From Alphaproteobacteria bacterium (lineage in GTDB: Bacteria; Pseudomonadota; Alphaproteobacteria; Micropepsales; Micropepsaceae): a stretch of DNA of 59,932 nucleotides. The stretch covers positions 1-59,932 of the forward strand of contig JBEIFU010000001.1 of the NCBI GenBank assembly GCA_040382295.1. Direction: 5' to 3'. Below are positions 39,789-48,873 of this stretch, piece by piece. A program made the position numbers and the translations under genes. Numbering within the stretch: position 1 is the stretch's first letter; every line of letters begins with the position of its first letter. The notes under the pieces are model-generated. The model was given only the letters and a program-made list of their open reading frames with translations, searched no databases and had not been told where the DNA came from.

Positions 39789-40427
39789 TCAGTTTACACG
39801 CCTTGCAGAGCGCGGGCTATTATTCAGGATTGACCCACCTCGAACGCTACTGGTCGAGATGATTGCGTTATTGGGGCTGGCAGCCGGGCTGGCCGATCGC
39901 CCAACCCCGTCCGGAAACTGAATCGTCGGGGCAAAGAAGGAGACCGAATAGGATGACGCCGGGAAGGTGACAAAGCCTGTCACGTTGATGGCGGGCGCTG
40001 GCAGTGAGGCTGAAAAACTTGTGAGCGGGATGTTTATTGGCGCGGCGGCGCCAGTGATGATCGGCGCGATCAGGGTCAGATCAATCGTGGCGAGCGGGAC
40101 GGCAACAGATCCGGACGCCGCAATAGAGGGAGACGGCGCGGTGATCGAGTAGCTTGTGACCGGTGCTGAAAGGATCCCGGCTGATGTGATGACCGGCGCT
40201 GGCAGTGATGCAGAGAAGCTCGTTACAGGAATGTTGATTGGCGCGGCGGCTGTGATGACCGGAGCGATCGCGTTCAGATCGAACGAAGTCAGGGGGGCTT
40301 GGAGAATACCGCCCGCTGTCACCCCGGGAACGGGCGCGGTGGTCGAGTAGCTCGTGACCGGTGCGGTCAGTTGGACCGCGCCGGATGCCTTACCGATGGT
40401 GCCAGTGAGAAGCCAGTGCGTCAGCAT
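39789..40427 (-). CDS. Repeat-containing tail/fibre-associated protein (212 aa)
   Basis: Two units of about 66 aa containing 'APVTSYS..APSP...PINIP(V/L)TSFSASLPAP'. The DNA repeat spans about 39978..40376. Confidence 0.5.
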   Translation of the reverse strand: MLTHWLLTGTIGKASGAVQLTAPVTSYSTTAPVPGVTAGGILQAPLTSFDLNAIAPVITAAAPINIPVTSFSASLPAPVITSAGILSAPVTSYSITAPSPSIAASGSVAVPLATIDLTLIAPIITGAAAPINIPLTSFSASLPAPAINVTGFVTFPASSYSVSFFAPTIQFPDGVGRSASPAASPNNAIISTSSVRGGSILNNSPRSARRVN

Positions 40428-40463
40428 ATCCGGTCACTCAGCCATTGCGGGCGCAGCATGGCA

Positions 40464-43091
40464 TTACCAGAACAGAAGGGTGCGGAAGCATTCCTGAAAT
40501 GAGGCTCTGTTAAGCCACAGGTATTTCAGCCCATCTTTTGTCGTGAAAATCTCCATGCGGTTGCCGATGATCGCCGTTGGGGCGACGTAGGGATACATGG
40601 AAGCGCCGTTGATCTTTCCAGTCACGACATCAAGCGACATGACACGCTGAGTGGCGTCCTTGTGGAAATAGATGCGGTCCATGCCATCGTAGGCAGTCAT
40701 CGTGCCGGTTGACAGAGTTTCGGAGAGCGGCGCGGTGTTGATCGCCGAGATCCTGTCCGTTGTCAGGTCTACGCGCTCAAAACCATACAAGCCGCCGCCT
40801 CTGGCAATCCACATATACCGCCCACGATATGATTGGAGCGTCGTGCCAAATGCCCAATTTGCATTCGTGCCAACACCCTTGGCGTTGCCTTCGAGGATCG
40901 CGTACTGCGTTACCAAAGTCACCGGAAGCGTGATCGTGCTGACCGTCAGCGTGTTGCTGGTGTTCGACGCGATGATCGCCTCAATGGGACCGCCCGAGGT
41001 CAGAACGCGCACGCGGCGACCAGCCCAGATGTTCACCGCCCAAGATTTCCCCGTGTCTTGAATGGTAGTGGTGGATTGCGTTCCGGTCGCGACGCCAAAA
41101 TCCAGCGTGCCGATGGTATCGCCGCGAGCGATTGAGTAGCGGCTGACGCCGTTCGTTGGAGCAGTGACCGTGGCAGCGAAGGTCAGCGTGGTCGCGGTGT
41201 TGCTGGCGATGCGAACCACTTGACCAGTCGCAGAACCAGAGGCGGCGGTAATCGCTGCTGTGTTCATATAGACGAGCCGGCCGGCGTGTTCGTTCGTCGT
41301 CCAGTTTTTCGTCAGGTCGGTCAGCGTCGTGGTGGACTGAGCGCCGGTAAGAGTGGACGATGCGGGCGTTCCGGCCATCGTGTAGGTGAACGTTGTGGCA
41401 GAGGCTACCGTGGCGATGGCGACGGCCGTCACGTTGTAGTTTGCATCGGTGGCGCCGCGCACCGTGACGAGGTCACCGACGCGGAATTGATGCGCGTGCG
41501 CCGTGGTGACGGTCGCTGTGGTTGTCACGTTGGACAGCGATGCAATAGCGACGGGCAGATGACCTCCCACAGTCGCGGCAGCGTTTCGAGCCATGCCCCA
41601 ATCAATCTGCCGCCCGAAAGTGGGAACCTGCGAATCCATGTTGTGCATCAGGATCGCGGCGTTACCGCCCGAGACAAAATACAAAGTATCGGGATTGGCT
41701 TGGATGGCAAAAACAGACGTGTTGTCCGGGTTTGTCGTCCAGGGAAGCTGGACCGTCAGCGCGGTCGCCGTGTTGCTGGCGATTATGCGCGTCTGCCCGC
41801 GCCCGGTGCCGTGCAGGATGCGGACAACGAAGTTGGTCCACTGGTTTGTCGTCCAAGCCTTCGTGCTGTCGGTGATCGTCGAGGCCGCGCCCGATGTGGC
41901 AATTCCCGCGTCAAATCCGCTGATCAGGTATCGGCTTGTCGCGTCCGGTGCAGTGCCTGCGCTGCTCCACGTCAGCGTCGTGCCCGTGTTGCTGGCGATC
42001 TGTCTGATCTGCCCTGCTGCGGCGCCAGAGTAAATAAAGACCCAATACCCGGCCCACTGGTTCGTGCTCCACGCAGCCTCGTCAACGCCACGAGTGGCAT
42101 CAATTAGTGAGATGCTGTTGCCGCCAGTCGCTTTTCCGCGATCCCAGATCGAGGCGTTCTCTGTCGTGCGCTCGATGGAAAAGTCGGTGAGCGCCGCGAT
42201 ATAGTTGTTGGTGTTGGCTGGCAGGATATACCAGGTGTCCGTAAGGATGCAGTAAGCCTGGAGCGTGTAGAACGGAGCGCCAGCCGAACTGCCGCAAAGC
42301 ACCATTCCCGACTGAATGCGAAACACCGACGTCGTGTCTGGCGTGGTGGCCCAAGCGGAATCGACGGTGAGAACCTGCGACTCGATGGAGTAAAACGTCT
42401 GAGAGCCAGCCGTGGCAGAAATAGCGGGGGCAAAGATCGCTGGATTGTGCCACGGGTCGTTCATCTGCAGCGTATCGCCCATTGTCAGCACCGTTGCGGT
42501 GTTTGACATAATTCTGCGAATTTGGCCCGCGCTGTTCGCAGGCGTGTTTGCCACTCGCAGCGTGTATCCTGCCCAGGCATTACCGCCCCAAGCCTTGAGC
42601 GTGTCTGTCAGCGTGATGCCGCCAAGAGCGTTGGCGACGGCGGTGGCGATGCCGCTATCTGCGACGACCGGCTCCGCAGCAGCAGTGATCGTGCGCCGCT
42701 GGCCCGCGCCAGTACCAGACACAATGACCACATCATAGCCGACCATGCTCGCTTGGCTGATTGCCGCAACGGTCAACGTAGTCGAAGTCGCCGCAATGAC
42801 GCGATCCTCCGGACCAAGCGCCCCGGCAAACTTCATCGCGCTGAAGGTAGCGGGTGCAATCGGCGGCGACTGCAACTGCTGGAACATGTCAGTCCACGTA
42901 TCGTAGCGGAAGAACTGCGTGGCCGAAATCATGTAGTAGATGTAGCGCCCATGTTCAGAAGGCAGGAAGTTGCCGTTGTCCGCCGAGCATGTCGAGGAAA
43001 GCGCCGACGATACAGCAGGGGCAAATCGGGTCCATTCCCAAACGGGCGTGTCAACTTGCGGAGTGAGGGTGTTTGATGTCAACGCTGGCAT
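40464..43091 (-). CDS. Large tail fibre/spike-like protein with five repeat modules (875 aa)
   Basis: Repeated 'K(A/N/S)W..N.W(A/T)G..V.....G.GQ.R.I.SNT(A/G)T.LT'. Confidence 0.55.
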   Translation of the reverse strand: MPALTSNTLTPQVDTPVWEWTRFAPAVSSALSSTCSADNGNFLPSEHGRYIYYMISATQFFRYDTWTDMFQQLQSPPIAPATFSAMKFAGALGPEDRVIAATSTTLTVAAISQASMVGYDVVIVSGTGAGQRRTITAAAEPVVADSGIATAVANALGGITLTDTLKAWGGNAWAGYTLRVANTPANSAGQIRRIMSNTATVLTMGDTLQMNDPWHNPAIFAPAISATAGSQTFYSIESQVLTVDSAWATTPDTTSVFRIQSGMVLCGSSAGAPFYTLQAYCILTDTWYILPANTNNYIAALTDFSIERTTENASIWDRGKATGGNSISLIDATRGVDEAAWSTNQWAGYWVFIYSGAAAGQIRQIASNTGTTLTWSSAGTAPDATSRYLISGFDAGIATSGAASTITDSTKAWTTNQWTNFVVRILHGTGRGQTRIIASNTATALTVQLPWTTNPDNTSVFAIQANPDTLYFVSGGNAAILMHNMDSQVPTFGRQIDWGMARNAAATVGGHLPVAIASLSNVTTTATVTTAHAHQFRVGDLVTVRGATDANYNVTAVAIATVASATTFTYTMAGTPASSTLTGAQSTTTLTDLTKNWTTNEHAGRLVYMNTAAITAASGSATGQVVRIASNTATTLTFAATVTAPTNGVSRYSIARGDTIGTLDFGVATGTQSTTTIQDTGKSWAVNIWAGRRVRVLTSGGPIEAIIASNTSNTLTVSTITLPVTLVTQYAILEGNAKGVGTNANWAFGTTLQSYRGRYMWIARGGGLYGFERVDLTTDRISAINTAPLSETLSTGTMTAYDGMDRIYFHKDATQRVMSLDVVTGKINGASMYPYVAPTAIIGNRMEIFTTKDGLKYLWLNRASFQECFRTLLFW

Positions 43092-43100
43092 TTGGGAGCC

Positions 43101-43541
43101 TCATGCAAAGGTCAAGCGCGAGCGAATGCCCAGCGCAACTGCGTGTTTGGAGATGTTGATGTATTGCTCACGGTCCATGCCGGCATTGGCTATGATGTTG
43201 GAGACGGCGGTGACGGCAGAAACAGTTGATACTGTGGTGACACCGGAAACGGTTGTGACAGCGCCTATTGTTCCCGCGTCCACCACGACGCGCTGGCGCT
43301 GCGCGCTGTCCACGATGGCGATGCTCTCCATCATCTTGACCATGCGAGACATGAGAACAATCAGGCTTTCCAGCCTGTCCGACGTTACGGGCAGGCGGTT
43401 CGTGGCGCTGACATCAACATAGGCGCCGTCATCTCCAAAGCCGACTTTGGTTCTTGGGTAATGGACGCTGCCAATTTCATCGGTTGCCAGAACGTCCGTT
43501 CCAGCGCCCGTGTTTGCCAAGGCGGTGAGATTGTCAGCCAT
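43101..43541 (-). CDS. Hypothetical structural protein (146 aa)
   Basis: ORF in the tail region. Confidence 0.5.
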   Translation of the reverse strand: MADNLTALANTGAGTDVLATDEIGSVHYPRTKVGFGDDGAYVDVSATNRLPVTSDRLESLIVLMSRMVKMMESIAIVDSAQRQRVVVDAGTIGAVTTVSGVTTVSTVSAVTAVSNIIANAGMDREQYINISKHAVALGIRSRLTFA

Positions 43542-43609
43542 CAGAGACCACCTAACGCAATCGCGATGGTTGCGCCGCCGGTCTTGGCGCCTTGGGATTG
43601 GATGGCCAT
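43541..43609 (-). CDS. Micro-ORF (22 aa) with a strong RBS
   Basis: AAGGAGAG lies 4 nt upstream of the ATG. 'MAIQSQGAKTGGATIAIALGGL'. Its TGA shares the A of the next gene's ATG. Confidence 0.35.
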   Translation of the reverse strand: MAIQSQGAKTGGATIAIALGGL

Positions 43610-43637
43610 TGGTCTCTCCTTTTGGTGGTTGCCGGCG

Positions 43638-44090
43638 TTAAACCAGCGTCAGGATTCCGGATGCGTTGAACGTGATCGTTCGGGAGTCTGCGTTGCTCAT
43701 CGAGATCGACGCCTCGTTGTCGATGATCAGGATCAAGGGGTCGGCTGGAGATGTTGGGGTGTCATTGAAGATGTAGATGTAGCGCCACGTCGCCAGCGTC
43801 CCGCCAGAAGCGGTAATGGTGAAATCGGACGCATCAAAGGTGTAGGTGCCAGCCGATTCAACAGATGTCACGCCATCCAGAACCCGGTCGACAGTCAGGG
43901 TGTCTGAATAGTTGGTGTAGGAGATCTGGGTGACGTTCGCCAAGATCCCGTTTCCTGTCAGGGTTGGATTGCTCGACTCTGACGCTGGTGCCGTGTTTGA
44001 AAGGGCGATCCTGATGGAATCAGACCCCAAGTTGTGGACCTTTTCCGCAAGGTCCTCCACGAAGTCGCGGATCTTTACTGTGACTACCAT
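43638..44090 (-). CDS. Hypothetical beta-rich structural protein (150 aa)
   Basis: ORF in the tail region. Confidence 0.5.
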   Translation of the reverse strand: MVVTVKIRDFVEDLAEKVHNLGSDSIRIALSNTAPASESSNPTLTGNGILANVTQISYTNYSDTLTVDRVLDGVTSVESAGTYTFDASDFTITASGGTLATWRYIYIFNDTPTSPADPLILIIDNEASISMSNADSRTITFNASGILTLV

Positions 44091-44101
44091 TGGGCCGTTC
44101 C

Positions 44102-44344
44102 TTATGCGCGTTCGCGGGCCTGATAGGCCGGGATGACGACACCCAAGGCTCCGGCCATGGAGGTGATGACCGGGACCCAGATGGCGGCAAGCCCTTGGTC
44201 ATAGGCCGTGATCCCGGCAATCAGCATGGTGACGATGATGCCGCCCCAGATGCCGAATTGCAACTTTCTGATCGGGGCCGCCGAGGGCTGGTTGACGAGT
44301 GCTCCCGGGGTAGGCTTGACGGGCTCTTGATCTGGTAAAAACAT
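44102..44344 (-). CDS. Putative holin (80 aa, two TM segments)
   Basis: 'FGIWGGIIVTMLIAGITAY' and 'IWVPVITSMAGALGVVIPAY'. Immediately downstream of the endolysin. Confidence 0.5.
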   Translation of the reverse strand: MFLPDQEPVKPTPGALVNQPSAAPIRKLQFGIWGGIIVTMLIAGITAYDQGLAAIWVPVITSMAGALGVVIPAYQARERA

Positions 44345-44361
44345 CTTCTGATCCTTTCGGG

Positions 44362-44748
44362 TTAAGCGGGATACTTTGCCCATGACAGTTGCCAGTGCGG
44401 GCCGTCCTTGAAGTTGGTCCAGTCGCCGCCCCACTCGATATCAACGCCTTGATCATAAGCGGCCAGCTTCACAGCCGGGGCAAGGCGGTGGTAGAGCGGC
44501 CAGTCCCAAGACACCTTGCCTGCGACGAGCGGGGCGATATCGACTGCATGGCCCGTCAGGTGGCGACTGCGCAGCGTTTGGGATGCACCGGACGCAACAA
44601 GCTGTTTTTGACGCGCCAACGTGCGCAGACCTTCCAAGACCCGGAAGTCAATCGCCGCCTCCTGCAGCGCGACATCCATGACTCTTCGTAGATCAGGGTG
44701 GATGCCCTGCAGTTTTTCAAGGGAAGTTTTCGACCAACGTCTTGCCAT
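44362..44748 (-). CDS. Endolysin, peptidase M15 (L-alanyl-D-glutamate peptidase-like)
   Basis: 'GLRTLARQKQLVASGASQTLRSRHLTGHAVDIAP...DIEWGGDWTNFKDGPHWQL'. Confidence 0.75.
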   Translation of the reverse strand: MARRWSKTSLEKLQGIHPDLRRVMDVALQEAAIDFRVLEGLRTLARQKQLVASGASQTLRSRHLTGHAVDIAPLVAGKVSWDWPLYHRLAPAVKLAAYDQGVDIEWGGDWTNFKDGPHWQLSWAKYPA

Positions 44749-44776
44749 CTCAAATCTCCTTGGTTTCAGATCCTGC

Positions 44777-45106
44777 TTAAGGCGTCCCGCCCATTCCGGC
44801 TCTTATTGTTGCAACAAGAGCCCCGATTGCAATCACGAAGCCAGCTACCCTTACCACCATTCCGGAGATTATGCCTCCACTCTCGTAGGCCACGGTGATG
44901 CGCCCTACTCTGTCGAGCAAAGACTTCTCCTGACCTGCTTGGGGCTCCATGAGAGCGCGGTAAAGGTTGTCGAGCTTTTGAGACATTTCCTGCATTGAAT
45001 CGACGATATCCGCGTGTTCCTTCTTCAGGTCAGCGATGTGCGCCGCTTGGTTCTGGATGCGATTATGCAGATCAGCCACACTCAATCTTGCGTTCTCAAC
45101 CATCAT
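44777..45106 (-). CDS. Membrane protein with a coiled coil and a C-terminal TM (possible lysis accessory)
   Basis: 'GIISGMVVRVAGFVIAIGALVATI'. Adjacent to the endolysin. Confidence 0.4.
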   Translation of the reverse strand: MMVENARLSVADLHNRIQNQAAHIADLKKEHADIVDSMQEMSQKLDNLYRALMEPQAGQEKSLLDRVGRITVAYESGGIISGMVVRVAGFVIAIGALVATIRAGMGGTP

Positions 45107-46272
45107 GCCTGCTCCAACACTTTGATGCGGCGCAGCGCGTCGGCCAGCCCCGCCACCAGTTCCGGTACCAGCTTAGAGTAATCGACGCCCTGCGGCACAA
45201 TACTTCCGGTCTCTGCATCCACGGCATCCTTGGCCCCGCTCACAGCCTGCGGTGCGACGGTTTGCAGAACATGGGCCAGTGCGCCAAACTGCGGGCCGAG
45301 CTGCGGATGCGCAATCCATGTGAACCATGTCAACGCCTGATCCAGCTCCAAGATCCGCGCCTCGATGTCGAAGCCCTCCGGCGCGTCTGTCACGATCTTG
45401 AGGCGGTAGTCTGACGACGTGTTGTAGGAGGTTGCGCCCGCTGAAACAGAGATGGAACCGACCGACACACCAACTCGACGGATCGAAAAGGCAGTACCAT
45501 CGCCGTCGGTCCTATTCGTGGTAATCAGCGTGCTGTCACGGGCAACCTGAATTGCACCGATGGCAGCAATAGACACGCCAGCCGTTCCCGATGTACCCAC
45601 GTTGTCGGTCGTCAAGTCCCCGAATCGGTGCGAGCCGGACGATACGATCCTGGAATACTCGACTCCATTGTTCACAAAGCCGATAGCGTTTGACGTTGGT
45701 CTCCAAAAGCCCGTATCAGGATCGGATGCAAACGTCATCCCCGGCACCAACGAGGTCCCGTCCGCCGCCCCCAACTGAACCCCGGACGCCATTATCAACA
45801 TTGACGCGCTGACCGTGACGGCAAGTGTGCCATTAACCGAAAAGCCGATCTGATCCACTGCCGCCCGATACATGCCCGTGTTCTGGTCGCCCTCAAACGC
45901 ATATCCCGGCAACGCCGCTGTGCCGTAGTCACCAAGGATATTAACTCCGGCCCCCATCTTGAGGGTGTTATCGGAGAACGTTGCCCGAAGAACACCATTC
46001 GTCGCCACGCCAACCGCATCCGACGCGGGCCTGTAAATCCCGGTGTTCGGGTCAGAAATGAAGCTGACAGACGGCAAGGCGGCTGTTCCGGGCCCGACAA
46101 GGGCCGCGCCGTCCGGGGTGACCGCGAACTTCTCCGCGCCGGTCAACTGCATGGAAAAAAGACGGCTGGCGGCTGCATATGCCGTACCGGTGACGTTCAT
46201 CTTAATGCCGTACCAGACGGTGGCGGCGTTGTTCCAAGTGTCGGTCAGGGCGGCGATGTATTGCGATGGCAT
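45103..46272 (-). CDS. Tail fibre with a C-terminal S74-type intramolecular chaperone
   Basis: Repeats 'F.SDPNTG.YRPA.D..G...NG' and a C-terminal 'TSSDYRLKIVTD...LVPELVAGLADALRRIKVLE'. Start MPSQYI at 46272. Confidence 0.65.
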   Translation of the reverse strand: MPSQYIAALTDTWNNAATVWYGIKMNVTGTAYAAASRLFSMQLTGAEKFAVTPDGAALVGPGTAALPSVSFISDPNTGIYRPASDAVGVATNGVLRATFSDNTLKMGAGVNILGDYGTAALPGYAFEGDQNTGMYRAAVDQIGFSVNGTLAVTVSASMLIMASGVQLGAADGTSLVPGMTFASDPDTGFWRPTSNAIGFVNNGVEYSRIVSSGSHRFGDLTTDNVGTSGTAGVSIAAIGAIQVARDSTLITTNRTDGDGTAFSIRRVGVSVGSISVSAGATSYNTSSDYRLKIVTDAPEGFDIEARILELDQALTWFTWIAHPQLGPQFGALAHVLQTVAPQAVSGAKDAVDAETGSIVPQGVDYSKLVPELVAGLADALRRIKVLEQA

Positions 46273-46280
46273 GTCAGGGC

Positions 46281-48161
46281 CTACCTTTTCAGTTTCCGGG
46301 GGGCATAGTTGATCGTCATGGCCGTGAAGGTGTGGGGCCGCTCCTCGGTCGTCTCGGTCAGGACGGTAACGGCGATGTTGGTTCCCTGTCCCTGCAGGTC
46401 GACATAGAGATTTCCGACCACGCTGTCGGTCCAAGTCAGGTCTTGATGGTTGGCGATCTCGGTGAATGCGCGGGTGGCCGCTTCAACGCTGAAAACGCGC
46501 TCGCCGCCCTGAACCTGCGTCGGCCGGTTGTATTCGACCTGAAAGCTCACAGCCGCTGCAAATTCGTCCTTTGCATCAACCTCAAGATCGGACATGAAGT
46601 AACGCTTCTCCAAGCGCGGTGTCCGCATCGTGTTCCACGACAAGGTGAAAAATGCCGGAACCGCCGCGCCATCAAAGGAATTTCCGGACTCCATCTCGTA
46701 GACGAACCCGTCCGCGCCACCCATGAAAACCCGCTCTTTGCCGGTCTGGTCATCAAGCTCGCCAGTGCATGCACAAACCGGCTCAATCGGCAGCTTGACG
46801 GGCATAAGCTCCGGAGTGCGCCGACCCATGAACATGAGCAACCCTGCGCCATCAGACCAGAAGATCCGGTACTGCGCCTTGCGCCTGAGCCTGAGAGAAC
46901 AAACCGGCGAATCGTCCGCATCGAGCCGCGCATCAAGGAGGGGGCTCACGCCGCCGGAAAGCGTGCCAAGACGGAAATCCCCGAACCGTTGCGTCGGCTC
47001 GAGCCTTCGCAGGCCGCCGTCGTCAAGGTAGATCGGCTCGTCCATCATCTGGGCTGACCCCGGGAATGCCCCGGCGCCGCTCGATATGGTGTTCTTCACG
47101 AATGTCGCTGAGCTGGTCCCGGTGATGTAGTAGATGGCAGCCCGGCAGAAGACGACCAGCGAGTTGTTGGCAGTGTCAAGGAGCCCGGTAATCTCTGCCC
47201 CAACGCCAATCTCCCCAGCGCCAGTGACGGCCCGGTACTCCAGAGGCTCGCCCAGGCTTGAGTTGAGAAGTGATCCGCCCGGGAACCCAAGAAACAGGTG
47301 GTCTGCATACTGCCCGATGTACTGCGGCCGATCAAACGCATAGCGGACAACGACGTTATCCCCAAAGGAGTTGATCACGTCATCCCCAAACCTGTTCAAG
47401 ATCTGGATGACCTGCTCGCTCGCGCCTTGGGAACCGGTGTGAATTGCATGGGCAAACTCGCCGTCGAACTCATAGGCCGTCCGGATCCCGTTGCAGAAAT
47501 ACATCCGCCACAGGCTCGAGGACCCATAGAAGTTATGGTTGACGAAGCGATAGGTCCCGCCCTCGCCCAGCTCGTCTGAAATCAGCGTTGTCATGGTGGC
47601 GGACCCGCCGACCCCGTCGGTGATGATCTCGCCGGTTACAAAGGTCCCGGTGATGTCGTAGACGGTCAGGTAGCCCGTGGCCGTGCCGTCATAAGCCCCG
47701 GATTGCGTGGCCTCGCGCTTGATCTGTGCCGTCGCCCCAGACGTGCCACCAGTGACGATCTCTCCCTCGGTGAATTGAACGGTGCCGGTCGAGAAGGCCA
47801 TGGTTGACCCAAAGACGACAGGCTCCCAGCCTGCGGCCCCAGACTTGTACATCGCCCCTGTGCCCGCGCCGGTGTCGCGGAAAGCCCAAACGAAGCCACT
47901 GTAGACCCAGACGCCGCGAACGGGGCCGGTCCCAGGGACCTCCTCGATCAGCGCCCGCAGCGCATCTTTCGTGGCCGTGTCAACGCCGGTTGATGGCGCG
48001 GTTCTGCCATCATACCGCTCATACCCCAAGATCCGGGTGTAGCCTTGATCATCGGGCTCATAGTTGCAGGCCGCAACAGCAGCGCCGGGCGGAATGGAAA
48101 TGGGGGCCGAGACCAGATCCAGTCCACCCATCAGAGCAAAGGTGTCTGGTGTTTGGCTCAT
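46281..48161 (-). CDS. Putative tail nozzle / tubular-B-like protein (626 aa)
   Basis: Assigned from size and position after the adaptor-like gene. 'ALMGGLDLVSAPISIPPGAAVAACNYEP...GYERYDG'. Confidence 0.4.
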   Translation of the reverse strand: MSQTPDTFALMGGLDLVSAPISIPPGAAVAACNYEPDDQGYTRILGYERYDGRTAPSTGVDTATKDALRALIEEVPGTGPVRGVWVYSGFVWAFRDTGAGTGAMYKSGAAGWEPVVFGSTMAFSTGTVQFTEGEIVTGGTSGATAQIKREATQSGAYDGTATGYLTVYDITGTFVTGEIITDGVGGSATMTTLISDELGEGGTYRFVNHNFYGSSSLWRMYFCNGIRTAYEFDGEFAHAIHTGSQGASEQVIQILNRFGDDVINSFGDNVVVRYAFDRPQYIGQYADHLFLGFPGGSLLNSSLGEPLEYRAVTGAGEIGVGAEITGLLDTANNSLVVFCRAAIYYITGTSSATFVKNTISSGAGAFPGSAQMMDEPIYLDDGGLRRLEPTQRFGDFRLGTLSGGVSPLLDARLDADDSPVCSLRLRRKAQYRIFWSDGAGLLMFMGRRTPELMPVKLPIEPVCACTGELDDQTGKERVFMGGADGFVYEMESGNSFDGAAVPAFFTLSWNTMRTPRLEKRYFMSDLEVDAKDEFAAAVSFQVEYNRPTQVQGGERVFSVEAATRAFTEIANHQDLTWTDSVVGNLYVDLQGQGTNIAVTVLTETTEERPHTFTAMTINYAPRKLKR

Positions 48162-48859
48162 GCCAAGGGACCCCCGCTCGAAATGAATGGCATGGCCTTG
48201 AGACGCAGGTTCTGCATGGCGCTGTCGTAGAAGGCTTGCCAGTTGGGCTGCATTTGCACAGCCTCGTCATATGTCCCCAGAAGGATCACGCCCTGCCAGA
48301 CGATCGCCATGTGGTTTTCCTCTGGCATCTCTGGCGTATCCGTGTTCGCAGCGAGTTGCTGGATCGCCTTCCGGTAGCGCCCGCGCAGGGTGTAGACGGC
48401 ATCTGGCGTGGGCCAGAGAACGATCTTGTCGTCGGGATCCACCGAGAAATAGGCCGGCTTGCCGGTGTCATCGGCCGCCGCGCCAAACAGCATGGTGTTG
48501 TTGAAGTCGTCCCACTCCCGCCAACCCAACCAGTATTCCTCGGCCCGCCCGGCCGATGTCAGGTAGGCGGAGACGGAATGGCGTTCCTGCGTCGGATTGA
48601 TCACCCACGACGAAAACCGAGTTGAGATGCCAAGATTTGCAGCCGTGTACCGCTGCTGCGCCGCAACCGTGACGCCGGAAAAAGCCCCCTCGAGCCAGCG
48701 CCAGTCACGCCGCTCGCGCTGGATCATGTTGTAGGATTCGGCGCCCCAGCCCACGATCGCCCTCATTTTGCCGTTCTGACCGACGACGGATGTCGGCTGA
48801 ACCCCGGAAACCACTCCGGATTCCTGGGCAATTCGCTGGCAGATCTCGAGGTACGTCAT
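48158..48859 (-). CDS. Putative adaptor / tail tubular-A-like protein (233 aa)
   Basis: Position. 'DKIVLWPTPDAVYTLRGRYRK' resembles adaptor families. ATGA coupling. Confidence 0.4.
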   Translation of the reverse strand: MTYLEICQRIAQESGVVSGVQPTSVVGQNGKMRAIVGWGAESYNMIQRERRDWRWLEGAFSGVTVAAQQRYTAANLGISTRFSSWVINPTQERHSVSAYLTSAGRAEEYWLGWREWDDFNNTMLFGAAADDTGKPAYFSVDPDDKIVLWPTPDAVYTLRGRYRKAIQQLAANTDTPEMPEENHMAIVWQGVILLGTYDEAVQMQPNWQAFYDSAMQNLRLKAMPFISSGGPLA

Positions 48860-48873
48860 GGGCTGGGCTCCGA

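Noticed and set aside
39978-40376. I considered whether these repeats, and the 1231..2235 duplication, are a CRISPR array or a diversity-generating retroelement TR/VR pair.
   Set aside because: The repeats lie in frame within coding sequence, without spacer architecture. No reverse transcriptase or cas gene is present.
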